Positions 14,712-30,060 of a stretch of 64,000 nt of DNA are shown piece by piece (position 1 is the first letter of the stretch; the number at the start of each line of letters is the position of its first letter). Below the pieces are notes generated by a model. It saw only the letters and a program-made list of their open reading frames with translations, did no database searches and was not told the DNA's origin. The stretch lies in the NCBI GenBank assembly GCA_964016885.1, contig OZ024742.1, positions 278,814,001 to 278,878,000 of the forward strand. Direction: 5' to 3'. Source of the stretch: Eledone cirrhosa (lineage: Eukaryota). Position numbers and translations under genes: made by a program.

Positions 14712-15109
14712 AATATGTATATATATATATATGAAAAGATAACCCATTCTATTACCCCAAGTATCGAGTAGTCTGGTTAGTTATGGTCCACCTGGTATCT
14801 TACCACACCCTCTCTGATATGTATATAATATATATATTTATATATATGTATGTAAAAGGTAAACAGAAATCTCAACACAATCGGTACAGTATATGGAAGA
14901 TATATATTAGGTTAACGCTTGATATAGCAGGAAAAGTGTCTTAACGTTTCGGACGCTAATACTTCATAAGAAGAAAGAATGAGAAATGAAATAGATTGAG
15001 GGGACGGGCTGGATGGAATTGGAAAAAATGTCTTTTGATAAAAATAACAGGTCCATTCATGTTGTCATCTCTTGCAATATATATATATATACACATAAAT
15101 ATAGATGCG

Positions 15110-15959
15110 TACGGGGTTTGTCAGAAAAGTAACAGGACTAAGTGTGCTGTGTGAGCTATGAGTGGGGTAGTGAGTAATGTGTGATGACAACGTGTGCCAT
15201 AACATCTGGGGAGTCTATAACTGCGATCTCAGCTTTCTGTAGCCATTGTATTTTTTTCACGTGCTTTTGATAATAGCTCTTCAATTTTAGGCCGTATAGC
15301 TGTGAACCAGCCTGAAGTTTCTGGTGGTTCGGTTGGAGAAAACTCCGCCAGAATCACTCGGAATACTGCAGAAAGTGTTTGGAGACGCGACGTTGTTGCG
15401 CTCACGTGTATTTGAGTTGAACAAAAGAGGGACGTGAAACATGGAAGATAACCCCAGGAGCGAAAATTCTTCAACGAGCAGGATATAGGCCTACGTTGAA
15501 CACCTGAAGAATGTGGTGCGTGGTGACATTCGGCTGATCGAAAGTGAGCTGGGTATGAACCCCGACAGCATTTGGAATATTATCAGCGAAGATTTGGGCA
15601 TGTGAAAGAACTAAGATGGTACCAAAGCATCTGAACGATGACCAGAGGGAGCCGAGCATGCAATTGTATAAGGACATCTTCGAACGCCTTAAACCCGAAA
15701 ACAGACTTACCGCAGAGAGTCATCACCGGTAATGAATTCTGGGACTTCGAGTGCAGCCCGGAGACCAAGCATAAGATGACCATGACGACGGTGCTGCGCA
15801 GAATACTTCGAGGAATGTATAGAGGTGTGACGGAGAATGATGGGAAAGTGCGTTAGACTGGAGAGAGGAGGACTTGTAGTTTGTAGTTTGCATTAAAAAT
15901 ATATATATATTTATTTTTTGTGACCCCAGTCCTGTTTCTCTTTTGAAGCACCTCATGTA
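15110..15959 (+). mobile_element. Degenerate, internally deleted mariner/Tc1 transposon
   Basis: Imperfect TIRs (cggggtttgtcagaaaagtaacaggact / agtcctgtttctcttttgaagcacctcatg) with TA ends; VPKHLNDDQR and VITGNEFWDFECSPETK resemble WVPHEL and ITGDETW..YDPETK. Confidence 0.8.
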
Positions 15960-16002
15960 TATATATCTATATCTATATCTCTCTCTATATATATGTGTAT
16001 AT

Positions 16003-16060
<58 letters not shown>

Positions 16061-16064
<4 letters not shown>

Positions 16065-16635
16065 ATTTACTGCTATTCTCCATTCTAATAACCCAACCAC
16101 AAACTATTCTCCATAGTCTTGAGAATTCAGTCAAAGATTTTGGTCTCCACGTTAACTCAGACAAAACTATATACAGAAGCTTAAATCAAAACAGTATCTG
16201 ACACAACTCTCAACTTTGTAGAACAATTTACTTATCTGGCTAGTAACGTGTCTACCTGCAAAGGTGATTTAAACATATGCGTTGGTAAGGCCTGGGGTGT
16301 AGACTTCTAGATAAGATGAAAAGGAGCCTCCTCTGAGCAACTGTTCCTTCTGTTCTATTGTATGGCTGCTCAACATGGACCCTCAATCAAAACTGAATAT
16401 TAGATGGAGTTTACCCTCGAATATTAAGAGTGGCTTTGAATGTCACTTAAAGAAATCGTCTGACCAATGAACGACTGTATGGGAACCTTCGTATGGTAAA
16501 CTTCGTCTAGCATCAGGCATCATCAAAACACGAAAAGGCAGATTCGTAGGGCATATTTATAGAGCTAAAGGCGAAATTGTTAGTGAAGTTCTTTTATGGG
16601 AGCCTACACAAGTAGGAGCTATCAAAGAACGATAA
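16061..16635 (+). mobile_element. RTE-like LINE RT fragment
   Basis: DDLLLFS...LHSLENSVKDFGLHVNSDKT, VEQFTYLAS, VLLYGCSTWTL. Confidence 0.75.
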
Positions 16636-17677
16636 ATCAATACCTTTAGAGTACTGCCATCTTTTGTCTGAGTGTCTGTTCAGACCTTGTGTATATGTAT
16701 ATGTTTCACATATACACACTCAGTTCTAAATAGAGAGACAAATCAAGATGATAATATTTCAGCAGTCTTATCCACAGGGCACAACAACAAGTGTATGAAT
16801 ACTTCTTACAGAATGAAAATATAGACATATGTATAAGAAGTAAAGCAACGGAGTAAAGGACTCGCGTTTATCACTGTAATCTAATGAGCTGAAAGGAAAA
16901 CATTCCTGGCACTTCAAAATACAATATAGGGTGAAAAAAAACACAAGAATATATGTTTTTTATGTTTCATTAAATTACAGGGATAAACGCGAGTCCTTTA
17001 CTCCGTTACTTTACTTGATATAGCGATTCCGTTTGTTGAGCACTCTAAATTGAATGGTTATAGGTTGCCATTTCTAGCGGCTTCTTGTTCTATTTATACC
17101 TCTGGTCACTGCCTCGCACACGCATTCTCTTTCCATTTACACGGGCTATAGGTCAGTTATTTTAGTAATGAGAGACATATCAGCTAAACACAGGCTGAAT
17201 GATTCCTTCATTAATTTACGAGTTTGTGAGTCTGTACATGTGTGATTTAGTTATAAAGGTGGCTTATTTCATTTTAATTTATCCTTTTAATTATAATGTA
17301 TTTCCCAAACCTTTCGTAGTTTATATGTTTTTCTCGCTAGTGGTCTTATACACCCTGTAATTGAAAACACATTCACTTGTGTTTTCTTACCTCTCGGCAC
17401 ACACACACATACACATATATTAGTTTCTCGTAGGTATATATGCTTGTATTTGTTATAGGTGTATATTTTATATTATATATACTGGTATATGTGTATAAGG
17501 TTATGTGTATTTTGTGTGTGTGGGCCTATGCGTGTATGCGTGTTTGCACGTGTGTAATGTGTGTATATGTGTACTTTGAGTTATGGTATATGTACGTTTG
17601 GTGAATATATGTGTATTTACCTGTAGGTATGTGTGTGCGTGCGTTATATACGTATTTATGTGTGTATATTTATATAC

Positions 17678-17717
<40 letters not shown>

Positions 17718-18233
17718 GTTTATATATATATATATTTATGTGTATTTGGTGTATACGTACGTGTGCGCGTGTTTATGTGTGCGTGCATGCATGGCGGGTG
17801 CTTTCGCGTATGCGCATATATGTACGTATATAGATGTGTGTATGTATATATTTAATTATTATTACTTTTATGATTTTAATATCCTCTGTCATTTTCGTTC
17901 TACTGATTTATTTACATTATTCTTAACTCCGAAGCCGAGAAACATTCGGTTTGCTGAACAGAATATTAGTCTACGACTCCGTTTATACCATACACGTGGT
18001 TTTTGACTTTGCGTGTATTTGTTCCCATAGATTCACATAACGACGTATTATCTTCGTTTTTTTTTCGCCCATTACCAGGAATCGACTTCACGAAACAAAG
18101 TATCGTATTTCTGTTTTCGTTCGGTTGCAACGTTTTTCGGAATATTTACTTATGCGTTCACAGTTTGATTTTTTAGTTTCAGAAGATCCCGTTAAGGGTG
18201 AAAGCAGTGATTCTTTGCTTAAACTTTAATCTG

Positions 18234-18319
<86 letters not shown>

Positions 18320-18323
<4 letters not shown>

Positions 18324-18376
18324 GTAAGTATGTATGTATACGTACATACATATATGTATACAGACGTACAGTAGCA

Positions 18377-18412
<36 letters not shown>

Positions 18413-18842
18413 CAGGTACACATACATATATGCACGCATCAGTTTAGCGGACGCTTATTATAACGCCGCTTTGTTCGTTTGTCAACAAGCTGAACATCCC
18501 GAATTTATGCCATACGGTGTTAAGGCAACCACGTCACCTTTTTGTTCAACACTGACACAGGAACGATGTACTAGTTTCAAGCTTGTTAGCTATCATCAGC
18601 ACCGTTTCCCCATCTGCCAGATAGTTGAACGTTCGAAAGTATATACTTTCCTTATGAAAATTAACGGCTGAGCAGCCTAATTTGCATATTGAGTAGGTTA
18701 AATCGGTCAGGCATACCGAAAACGATAAGTCGAAAAAAAAATGAAAACGAAATTTCATTTCTCACTCTTAGTATGGCACTTACTTAAATGTAAGTATGTA
18801 TGTATACGTACATACATATATGTATACAGACGTACAGTAGCA

Positions 18843-18910
<68 letters not shown>

Positions 18911-19199
18911 CATACAGGTACACATACATATATGCACGCATCAGTTTAGCGGACGCTTATTATAACGCCGCTTTGTTCGTAACGCTTATTATAACGCCGC
19001 TTTGTTTGTAACGTAGCTAACAAGCTTGAAACTAGTACATCGTTCCTGTGTCAGTGTTGAACAAAAAGGTGACGTACTTGCCTTAACACCGTATGGCATA
19101 AATTCGGGCTGTTCAGTTTGTTGACAAACGAACAAAGCGGCGTTATAATAAGCGTCCGCTAAACTGATGCGTGCATATATGTATGTGTACCTGTATGTA

Positions 19200-19237
<38 letters not shown>

Positions 19238-19349
19238 TGCTACTGTACGTCTGTATACATATATGTATGTACGTATACATACATACTTACATTTAAGTAA
19301 GTGCCATACTAAGGGTGAGAAATGAAATTTCGTTTTCATTTTTTTTGAA

Positions 19350-19350
<1 letters not shown>
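18320..19350. repeat. Family B tandem (1.4 units) plus inverted arm
   Basis: Unit restarts at ~18786; reverse-complement arm from ~19015. Confidence 0.85.
18563..18605 (-). ncRNA. Minimal hammerhead ribozyme (family B)
   Basis: Minus strand: acggtg-CTGATGA-tagctaacaagctt-GAAA-ctag-TA-catcgt. Confidence 0.82.
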
Positions 19351-19392
<42 letters not shown>

Positions 19393-19722
19393 TATATATA
19401 TAAAGGGTGAAATCAGTGATTCTTTGTTTAAACTTTAATATGTTATATATATATATATATATATTATTATTCAAAATATTAACAAATGAAGATATTCACA
19501 TACTCAAAATATATGCTTCATTATATATATTTCGAAGGTACTGTGTTGTTTTTTTTCCAGTACGATCTCGTCAGATAAATATATGATTTGATATATGACA
19601 TACCTCTACGATCTTGATATTTAAATTCCAGTATTGGCAATTGATATTTCAATTCTAGTATTGTATATATTTATATATATATATATATATATAATATATA
19701 AGAACAAATTACAACTTTATAT

Positions 19723-19864
<142 letters not shown>

Positions 19865-20529
19865 ATATAAAGTTGTTAGTAATTTTGAAATTAGCTCGTA
19901 CTTTGAAGTGAAACTCACCTGCATAATCCGTGGTTGTTCGGTTATATTTTCTAACATCAAGAACTTTAGTCACCGCATGTAGCTTTGCATTTGTCTCACG
20001 CCCCCCCCCCCCCACCCACGCCCCACACGCAAACACTCACTCACAAACACACACGTTTATATTTATTCCTCATACATAAAAAGATACAGACAAACATACT
20101 TTCTACATACATTTATATCCTTATTAATGTGTATATGTATGAGCACATGTATACACATATGTGTTGGTTTAGAAATGTTGTAGTGCAGATAGGGTTTTAA
20201 ATATTTCAGGTGAAATGTTACTGGGTTTTGTGATTTGTAAACTCCACCATCTTTCGTCAGATGAAATGCTTGGAGCAGTTTGTGATATTAATCCTGAATT
20301 TCCTGTCAGGAAGACAGTTCAACGACTTTCTTCTGGGTATAAATGCATATATTTATGTATACACATACGCACCAAACACTACACACAAACAAATACAAAC
20401 ACAAAAATAAGATATGCATATATGTAATTATTTATCCATCTCTTCCTCCATCTATATCCCTCTCTCTCTCCCTATTTCTCCCCGCTCTCTCTCACTCTCT
20501 CTCTCTCTCTCTCTTTTTCTCTCTCTCAT

Positions 20530-20595
<66 letters not shown>

Positions 20596-20605
20596 GACGC
20601 ACACA

Positions 20606-20661
<56 letters not shown>

Positions 20662-20665
<4 letters not shown>

Positions 20666-21117
20666 TGGCTGCCAACATGTTTTCGAGTACGGCCACTACT
20701 TTATATCCATGTAGGAGAACCCATACCGATGCGCTGAACGAGGGTGACTTTTTAGTCCAGCCAGCGACTTGAAAACTCTGGTACAAACACTACACTTGTG
20801 ACAATTATTAACACATAGTGCTGGGCCCATGGTTCCATGTGACGACAAGTGCAGAGAGATCTCCAGATATAAAGCAATGCCTGTGCCGTGAAGCTTTTAT
20901 AGTGACAAAGGCACTGCACAAAGCCAGTCCCACTCTCTTAACCAAGATGATATTTACCAAAAAGAAGAACAAGTCAACATCATTGGATACCATCAGGGTT
21001 GCAGGTGTTATATCAGAGTTTTCCTCCCCCTAGAATTCTGCCTTGACAAAGGCTAAGGGGTCATCTCTCCCGGTGATTTTGGATGGCCATTGACTCTTAA
21101 GAGCTCCTTTGCCCTTT
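20662..21117 (-). mobile_element. RTE-like LINE 3' end remnant
   Basis: Minus strand KCSVCTRVFKSLAGLKSH (C2H2-like end of RTE ORF); tail gtggccgtactcga...cagccaccat shared with 60944-60990. Confidence 0.55.
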
Positions 21118-21135
21118 ATACATACATACATACAT

Positions 21136-21233
<98 letters not shown>

Positions 21234-21971
21234 GGGGGGGGGTGAGCTATGTGTGAGTGCGTGTGTATGTGTGTATACAATCATTCATGTATACATGCCT
21301 ATACATAATAAATATATCGGCCATATAAAAGCCACCATTTAATCCGTCTCTCGATATCAGTCTATGATACTCTGTCTCCGTGCGAAACATTTCTGTTCGA
21401 TCTTACAGATTAACTTTCTTTGATGCTAATTAAATCAGTAGTATTGACGTCAGTAACCTTGGAAACGGTATCAAGCATGTACAGCAGACACTATGTCATT
21501 CGCTAACTCGGGATCAAACCTATCTCTATAGATGAATCGATTCGATAATTAAAAAGACTTCGCTGATCTAAAAGTCTAGCAGTCAGTCTGTCTGGTGCAG
21601 ACAGGGCCGCTGGCAATGTGTCCCAGTGCCACAGCGACATGACCCTATAGATGATAGCTGGAAGCTTGGTGCTGAAGACGGACATACATGGTTTCGTATA
21701 CATATGCGCAAACATGTATATATGCATGAGCATATATACATAGATACACTCAGGGGAATTAGTGTGCGTTGTCTCGTTGGCTTATGTAGGGGTATCTTTT
21801 TATGTATGGATACATCTCTTTCCCTCAATCTCTTCTTCTTCTCTCTCTCTCTCTCTCTCTCACTCTCTCACTCTCTCTCTATCTATCTCTTTCTCTCTCT
21901 GTCTCATACTATCTCTCTCTATTTCTCTATTCCTCTTGCTCTTTCTACACACACACATATATATATATATA

Positions 21972-22029
<58 letters not shown>

Positions 22030-22050
22030 CGTGTATATATATATATGTAC

Positions 22051-22096
<46 letters not shown>

Positions 22097-22123
22097 ATGT
22101 ATGTGTATGTGTGTGTATGTATG

Positions 22124-22180
<57 letters not shown>

Positions 22181-22191
22181 TACACACACAT

Positions 22192-22242
<51 letters not shown>

Positions 22243-23155
22243 GTATGTGTGTATATATATATATTCATTTGTGAATAATTATATATGAATACACTCACAC
22301 ACACACCTATATGAATACCTCAGTTCATATATACAGATTATTGGTAATATACATGAATGCATTTCGTGGATCAGATTAACAACGTTGAATGACATGTGAC
22401 AGAAAGATTTGGGTGAATATATTTGTATAAAGACAGACTACACAAAAATAAATAAATAAATAAACAAATAATTTCATTATTAAATTGAAAGATAAAAAGA
22501 TCCGAACAGCTTTCAGAACTAAGTTTTGATATTTAGCTTATTTTATTATTTTTATTTTTTTTAAATCATAAACTGTTGTCATATTTACAAAAATGATACG
22601 CGATGGGGCCCACCCACAGCCTCGGCGAACAGAATGGAGAAGGCGTTTCCCCGTGGGACGGCAAGGGAGACGCGCTGGAAAAGCCACTCTAGCTTTGATT
22701 ATAGCATTAAAAATGACGAACACACCGATATGAAGTTATACGATATTTAAATCATGCATATATGATACATTTAGCAACAGACACAGGCACACAAATAAAT
22801 ATACACACACAGATTCCTACATACACACTTCGGAACATACATAACAATACATGTACCCAAACATACGCGCGTACTTTCACAGACTAGCGTAGCCTAATGA
22901 CGAACTACATTACAACTGCAATATTTAGAAACCTAGACAAAACCTCCACGGACTCTTGTATTTTCTCTTTCTTGTCATTGTGGAATTGCCGACGAAAAGG
23001 GTTTTTCTGTCCTAAACATGTGAAGATAGCCTCTGTTCATTAACAAGTGTTGTTCACTCACCATATTTTGAATACGCCACTGTATCATGCCACACACAAA
23101 CACACAAACACACATACACACACGCACACACGCGCTAACACACACACGCATATAA

Positions 23156-23616
23156 TCTGTATATATAAAACAAAGAATGTCTGTGTATCTGTTTCCCTAA
23201 AACTCGAGAAGTACCCAACCGTTTTTTTCCAAACTTTACACATGTAATACGTATGACCCTCTGAGTGTTTTGAGCAAAACATTCTTTCAAATTATTTAGT
23301 CCTAGGGATCGAATTAGTGAAGTGGCCAATGTATGTACATAATGAGGGAGTGAGAGGGGAGAGAAAGAAACTGAGAGGCGAAGTGACGAAGTGGCTCTCT
23401 ACTCCTCCTTCTCCATCTCCCCATTCGTCACAGCATTTTTCGATAGAGGGGAGAAATGTGAGTGAGTTATAAAGAGAAAGAGTGAGAGTGAAAGAAACAG
23501 ACAGACTAAAATAGGGGGATAGCGAGAGAGAGAGAGAGAGTGACAGACGCTGTGTTTGATACATGACAGTGGAAGAGGGGAAGGAAAGATGTAACTAATT
23601 AACATATATGCGTGTG

Positions 23617-23647
<31 letters not shown>

Positions 23648-26600
23648 TCGTGCAGCGTTCCACTAAGAGTTAAATCTATTAACATGTGTGTGTGTGTACG
23701 TGCGTGTGGCGTTTCACTTACGCCATTTTTTTCAGTGACATCATATTCACTAACTTACACTCATTCCAACTGCTGCTCTTACTGTTCCCCCTCTCCCTAT
23801 ACATACCTCGGTTAAGACGGCACTCATGGCTTAGAAATTATATAGTCAACCGTTCGGAAATCACATACCTCGGTTTTTAATTCACTGACGAGTTTACTCC
23901 TTACTTTACCAGTGAGTTTCAGTGTACTTCGTCCTGCTTTTAGGTCATGTCTCGAAGGAAGAGATACTCCATTGGCCGAAAAAATGCGAAAGCAGCAACA
24001 ACAAGAACAGGGCTGGCAAACGAATCGTCAGTGGAATCTGCTATTCGACTGTCGCAAGATGTTAAACCTGCTGCTACCAGAAGCCCTTGAAACAGACAAC
24101 CAACGAACCATTTGCCGAACCGCTAATGCCGCATCAACTTCTGTTGAACGAGTGCCAAGACGGAAGACCAGCGTAAAAGACGTCGGAGTACCAATGCTGC
24201 GAATACTGCTGCTGCGCGAGCTACACAGACCACGGAAGAACGAGACATTCGACTACAATGTAATGCTCAACGAAGGGCCTTTGGGCAGGGTATTTCAAGG
24301 CCGTGTCGCTCACGATGGTCCTTAAAAGCATTCGAGTACAACCCTGACTTTGATTACAGTGGCCATCTAGACATGCGAATTGGGAGTATGTCAAAGACGT
24401 GCTCTTTCCGCAATGCAAAAAAAGTGCCCCGGAGAAACACCTGGCTTGTGTTGCGCAAATGGAAAAGTAAAATTACGTCTCCTTGAGTATCCACCACAAC
24501 CGTTGAAGCTCCTATATTCAGGCGGAGTGACGGCATTTCCTGACTTACATCCGGAAGTATAACAGTGCTTTCCAAATGACATCTTTCGGGGCGAACATTG
24601 TCAAGGAAGGCGGATTTATGCCCACATTTAAGGTGCAAGGCCAGGTGTACCATAGAATCGGATCCCTCCAACCTGCCGCCAATCAAGAACCTCAATTTCT
24701 TCAGCTGTACTTTGTTGGGAATGTCAACGAGTAGGTAGCCATGAGAAACTCCATTTCACCTGGTACCAACGTCGAGCTTATAAGGAAATTGCAACACATT
24801 CTGCACACAAAAAACAGCTATGTCATTAGCTTCAAGTATGCCTTGGAAGCAGATACCACAGCCAATTTTAATGTGGTAATTGATGCCTCGAAAATGCCAT
24901 CTGAGGAGTATCCGAGTCGGTATAATTATCCTGCATGCAATGAAATCGCTGTACTTAAGCATGGGGGTCAGCATAATCCACGAGACATTGTCCTCAAATG
25001 TCGAGATAGCACTCTTCAGCGAATCAGTGAAACACATAGGTCTTACGATGCGCTCCAGTATCCACTTCTCTTTGTAAATGGTGAGGACGGCTATCAGTAC
25101 GGAATTCACCAGCATAATCCAGTAAACCCTCAACACTCCGTAAAAAAAACAGTTTCATGCATGGATTTCTACTCCTACCGCTTCATGGTTCGCCACGATT
25201 CCTTCAATCACCTGCACCAGTCAAGAGACCTACTTCAGCAATTCGCCGTTGATATGTGCGCAAAAATAGAATCGGAGAGACTGTGTTTCATACGGTCACA
25301 CCAAAGGAAACTGCGGTCCGAGAGCTACATCCATCTCCGAGATGCCATCAACAATGATGCAGCTCCCAGCAGCGTAGGAAAAGTCTGCATTCTCCCCTCC
25401 ACCTTCAACGGAAGTCCGCACTATATGCACGAGGGAACGCAGGATGCTATGACCTACGTACGGCATTACGGAAGGCTCGATCTGTTCATCACATTCACTT
25501 GCAACCCAAAGTGGAAGGAGATCGGGGCAGAACTGTTCTAAGGGCAACAGGCCAAAGGCAGGCATGACCTCTTGGCCCGAGTCTTTCGGCTGAAGCTTAT
25601 CAATCTTATGGAGCTCATCAAGAGAGGACAAGTCTTTGGCCTAGTAAAGTGCGACATGTACACCGTAGAGTGGCAGAAGAGGGGCCTACCACACGTCCAC
25701 ATCCTCATTTGGCTGTCAACAAAAATATCTTCAAATGACATTGACAGCATCATCTGCGCAGAGTTTCCCGATCCGTCTATAGACAAAGACCTCTATGATA
25801 TAGTGAAGACAAACATGGTCTATGGTCCATGTGGGCGGGGTTTCAATTTAAGCTCAACCTGCTTGAACGACAATGTCTGCAGCAAAAGATTTCCCCGAAA
25901 GTTCCTCCAAGAAACGCAGGATGGCTTTGACGGATACCCACTGTACAGGCGACGCCAACCCGGAGACGGTGGTTTTACAGCAACAGTTGGACAAAACGAG
26001 ATTGACAACAAATGGATAGTGCCATACTACCCATTTCTTTCCAAGACCTTCGGTGCTCACATCAATGTGGAGTTCTATAATTCCGTCAAGTCAATCAAGT
26101 ACATATGTAAATATGTGAATAAGGGTTCAGACGCTGATATGTTCGGTCTTCAATAGGACAACAGCTGTGATGAGGTCACGCAATAACAAGTTGGCCGTTA
26201 CATCAGCAGCAACGAGGCTTTCTGGCGTATTTTCGGCTTCCCTATACACCAAAGGCACCCTGCAATTGAACAGCTCACAGTCCACCTGGAGAACGGTCAA
26301 ATGGTGTACTTTACTGACTTTAATGCTGCTCAAATGGTGGAGGAACCACGGGAAACCACCCTCACTGCATTCTTCAAACTTTGTCAGGCCGATTCATTTG
26401 CTCAAACCCTGCTGTATCCTCAGTTGTCGTCCTATTACACATGGAGTAAACAACAATGGGTTCGTAGAAAGGCAGGTCAGCCTGTTGATGGACATCCTGG
26501 CGTAAAGTTTGACAGTTGCCTAGTGAGAGTTTACACAGTGCATCCGATCCAGCATGAGTGCTTCTACCTCTGTCTTCTGCTACATGAGGTAAGAGGACCC

Positions 26601-28192
26601 AGTCCTTTCATGACCTTAGAACTGCCGACGGTTCCATGTGCATCACTTACAGGGAAGCTTGCTTAAAGCGCGGCCTGCTAGAAGACGGTGCGCAGTGGGA
26701 TGCCACTTTATTCGAAGCGGTTGCATCTCAATCGCCTATACGCCTACGAGCTATATTTGCAGTACTGCTGCAAACTTGCGAACTGGGTAATCCTATCTCT
26801 TTGTGGCTCAAGTATAAAGATGACATATCCGAGGACTACAAACGTCAGGAGCAAGTGCAATACCCTCAGATGGAACGTACCAGCGACGAAGTCTTCAATC
26901 TAGCATTGATTGGCATAGAGGATATAGTTGCATCACTCGGCGGAAATGATTTGCTCTCATATGGTCTTACCAAGTACGTCCTTGAAACTGAACCACAACT
27001 TCTTCCGGACCAACGTCATGCTTACACCATTGTTGCCGAACATGTGCACCACAGAAAAGGATGTATGTTCTTTCTGGATGCTCCTGCAGGGACGGGAAAC
27101 ACATTTTTAACGAAACTCCTCCTCGTAAAAGTCAGGATGCACAAGGACATTGCGGTTGCTGTTGCCTCTTCTGGAATTGCTGCTACTTTGTTGCCAGGTG
27201 GCAGCACCGCACACTCCAGTTTTAAATTGCCTTTCAATTTAACAACATTCGACCAGGGCCAAGTCCTAAAACGATGTCAGCTCATTGTGTCGGATGAGTG
27301 CACCATGGCCCATAAGAGAACACTGGACGCATTAAACAGAGCTCTAAAGGACATCAGAGGTTGCCAAGCTCCCATGGGAGGTGTTACGCTTCTGCTTTCG
27401 GGTGACTTCAGGCAGACTCTTCCCGTCATTCCCAAAAGCATAAGAGCAGATGAGGTCCAAGCATGCCTAAAATCGGCTCCCCTTTGGCGCTATGTCAGGA
27501 ATGATTCATACAACCAACATGAGAGCTCAATTACACGATGACCAAACGTCCGCGGAATTTGCACAGGACACTTTGAAACATGGTGACGGCAAAATACCTC
27601 TGGACGCTGCAGGAGAGCTGGAAGTGTGGCCATTTTCGACCTCAATTAATTCTGCGGGGGAGCTGAAAGAAAAAGTGTTTCCAGATTTGAGAGACAATTA
27701 CCAGAACCACGCATGGTTGTGTGAAAGAGCAATGCTGCCTCCAATAAACGTCACTGTTAACAAAACCAACGACTAACTACTGCACTCTCTTCCTGGTGTT
27801 CTTCACACTTACAAATCTGTTGATACGATACCAGATCCCAATGAAGTGGTGAACTTTCCGCCGGAGTTCCTCAATTCTTTGGAGCCCCAAGACTACCGCT
27901 TCACATGCTTCTCATTAAAGTTGGCACCTCTGTAATGCTGCTCCGGAATTTGGAACCACCTAGACTGTGGAACGGGACACGGCTAGCTGTAAAAAAATTT
28001 ATGTCACATGTAATCGAGGCAACAATCCTTTCTGGATGCGGAAAAGGTGATTATGTCTTCATTCCGAGAATTTCTCTCATTCCCTCGGGAGCAGAAATTC
28101 CGTTCACATTCGGAAGACTCCAGTTTCCGCTTCGGGTCAGTTTTGCTATGTCCATCAACAAGTCCCATGGTCAGACTCAATCTGTAGCCAGA
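23156..28192 (+). mobile_element. Helitron, decayed autonomous copy, 3' end replaced by satellite
   Basis: A|TC..tatataaaa 5' terminus at 23156 (second copy of this terminus at 30426); Rep-helicase coding region. Confidence 0.85.
23947..28192 (+). pseudogene. Helitron Rep/PIF1-like helicase with stops and frameshifts
   Basis: MSRRKRYSIGRK start; VEWQKRGLPHVHILIWL (HUH), KYICKYVNKG (Y2), LDAPAGTGNTF (Walker A, K>N), VASSGIAATLLPGG, GDFRQTLPV, NGTRL, FAMSINKSHGQT. Confidence 0.95.
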
Positions 28193-29884
28193 CTTCTGTG
28201 TGCGTTTTTCTGCGTTCGTTTTGTGGCCTTCAATGTGCGTGTTTTTGTGCGCTTTCATGTGCACTTTTTGTGCGTTTTGTGTGCACTTTTCTGTGCTATT
28301 TTATGTGCGTGTTTTTGTCTGCTTTCATGTGGACTTTTGTGCGTTTTATGTGCGCGTTTTGTGCGATTTTATGTGCGCATCTTTGTGCGCTTTCGTGTGC
28401 ATATTTTGTGCGCCTTTTGTGCGCTTTTATGTGTGCGTTTGTGTGCGCTTCTATGTACACTTTTTTGTACGCGTTATGTGCGCGTTTCGTGCGCTTCTAA
28501 GTGCGTATTTCTGTGCGCTTCTATGTGCGCGTTTTTGTGTGCTTTCCTGTGTATTTTTGTGCGTTTCATGTGCGCGTTTGTGCGATTTTATGTCCGCGTC
28601 TTTGGGCTATTTCATGTGGAATTTGTGTGCGTTTTATGCGTTTTCTGTGCGCTTTTATGTGTTCGTTTCTGCGTACGTTTGGTGCGCTTCTATGTGCGCA
28701 TTTTTGTGAGCTGTTATGTGCGGTTTTTTGTGCGCTTTCATGCACCATTTTTTTGCGTTTTATGTGCGATTTTGCGGGCGTGTTTTATGCAATTTTATGT
28801 CCGCGTTTTGTGCGCTTTCATGTGCATTTTTTGTGCGTTTTATGTGCACGTTTAGTACGTCTTTATATGCGGATCTTTGTGCGCTTTTATGTGCACTGGT
28901 TGTGTGTTTTATATGCGCTTTTGTGTGGAATTTTATGTGTGCGTTTTGTGCGATTTTATGTGCGCGTATTTGTGCACTTTCATGTGCACTTTTTGTGCTT
29001 TTTATGTGCACGTTTTTGTGTGTACGTTGTTGTGAGATTCTGTGTGCACGTTGTTTTCTGCTTCCTTGTGCGCGTTTCTGCGTTTGATTTGTGCGCTACT
29101 ATATGAGCATTAATTGGCGCGTTTCATGTGCAATTTTTGTGCGTTTTTTGTGCGCGTTTTGTGCGATTTTATGTGCTCGTTTGTGTGTGCTTTCATATGC
29201 ATCATTTGTGCGTTCTCTGTGCGCGTTTTGTGCAATTTTATGTGCGCGTCTTTGTGTGATTTGATGTGCACTTTTGGTGCATTTTATGTGCGCGTTTTGT
29301 GCGCTTTTAAGTGCGCGTTTTTCTGTGATCTTATGTGAAATTTTATGTGCGCGTTTTTGCGTGCAAGTTTCTGTGTGCTTTTGTGTGCGCATTTCTGTGT
29401 TCGCTTTTATATGCGCTTTTTGTGCGATTTTGTGTGCACGTTTTGGGGCGCTTTTATGTGGCCGTTTTTGTGCGCTTTCATGCGTACCTTTTGTGCGTTT
29501 TATGTGCGAATTTTTGTGCGTTTTATGTGCGCGTGTTTCTGTGCTTCTGCGGACGCGTTTGTTTGCGTTTTTCTGCGCCTCTAAGTGCGCTTTCTTGCTC
29601 GCGTTATGTGCAATTTTATGTGAGCGTTTTGTGCGCTTTACGTGCGTGTTGTTTTGTGTGATTTTATGTGCGCGATTGTGTGCCATTTTATGTTCGCCTT
29701 TTTGTGTGCACGTTTCTGCGTACTTCTATGTGGGCGTTTTTGTGCGCTTCTATGTGCGCATTTTGTGCGATTTTATGTGGGCGTTTTGTGCCCTTTCATG
29801 TCCACTTTTTGTCCGCTTTATGTACGCGCTTGGTGCCATTTTATGTGTGCGTTTTTGTGCGATTATATCTGCGCAACTTTGTGC

Positions 29885-29886
<2 letters not shown>
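28193..29886. repeat. Degenerate ~12-13 bp minisatellite (TTTTGTGCGC/TTTATGTGCGCG)
   Basis: Continuous degenerate repeat with strong T/G strand skew. Confidence 0.9.
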
Positions 29887-29921
<35 letters not shown>

Positions 29922-30060
29922 GTGAGGTTTTTTTTACAAAATGAAAAATAACCGAGGTCCGAGGTGTCCTACACGAGTGAAAGTATAAAGAAAAAGAGAT
30001 GAAATCGAAAATGCAACTGGAGTCTTATTTAAAAAAAAATATATATATATTTATTTGGTT

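Noticed and set aside
21560-22720. GC-richer unique islands (21560-21700, 22590-22720; also 49140-49260) as exons
   Set aside because: No recognisable protein motif or convincing splice pair; cannot exclude without RNA-seq
28198-29925. Cys/Phe-rich overlapping ORFs
   Set aside because: Stop-poor minisatellite open in most frames
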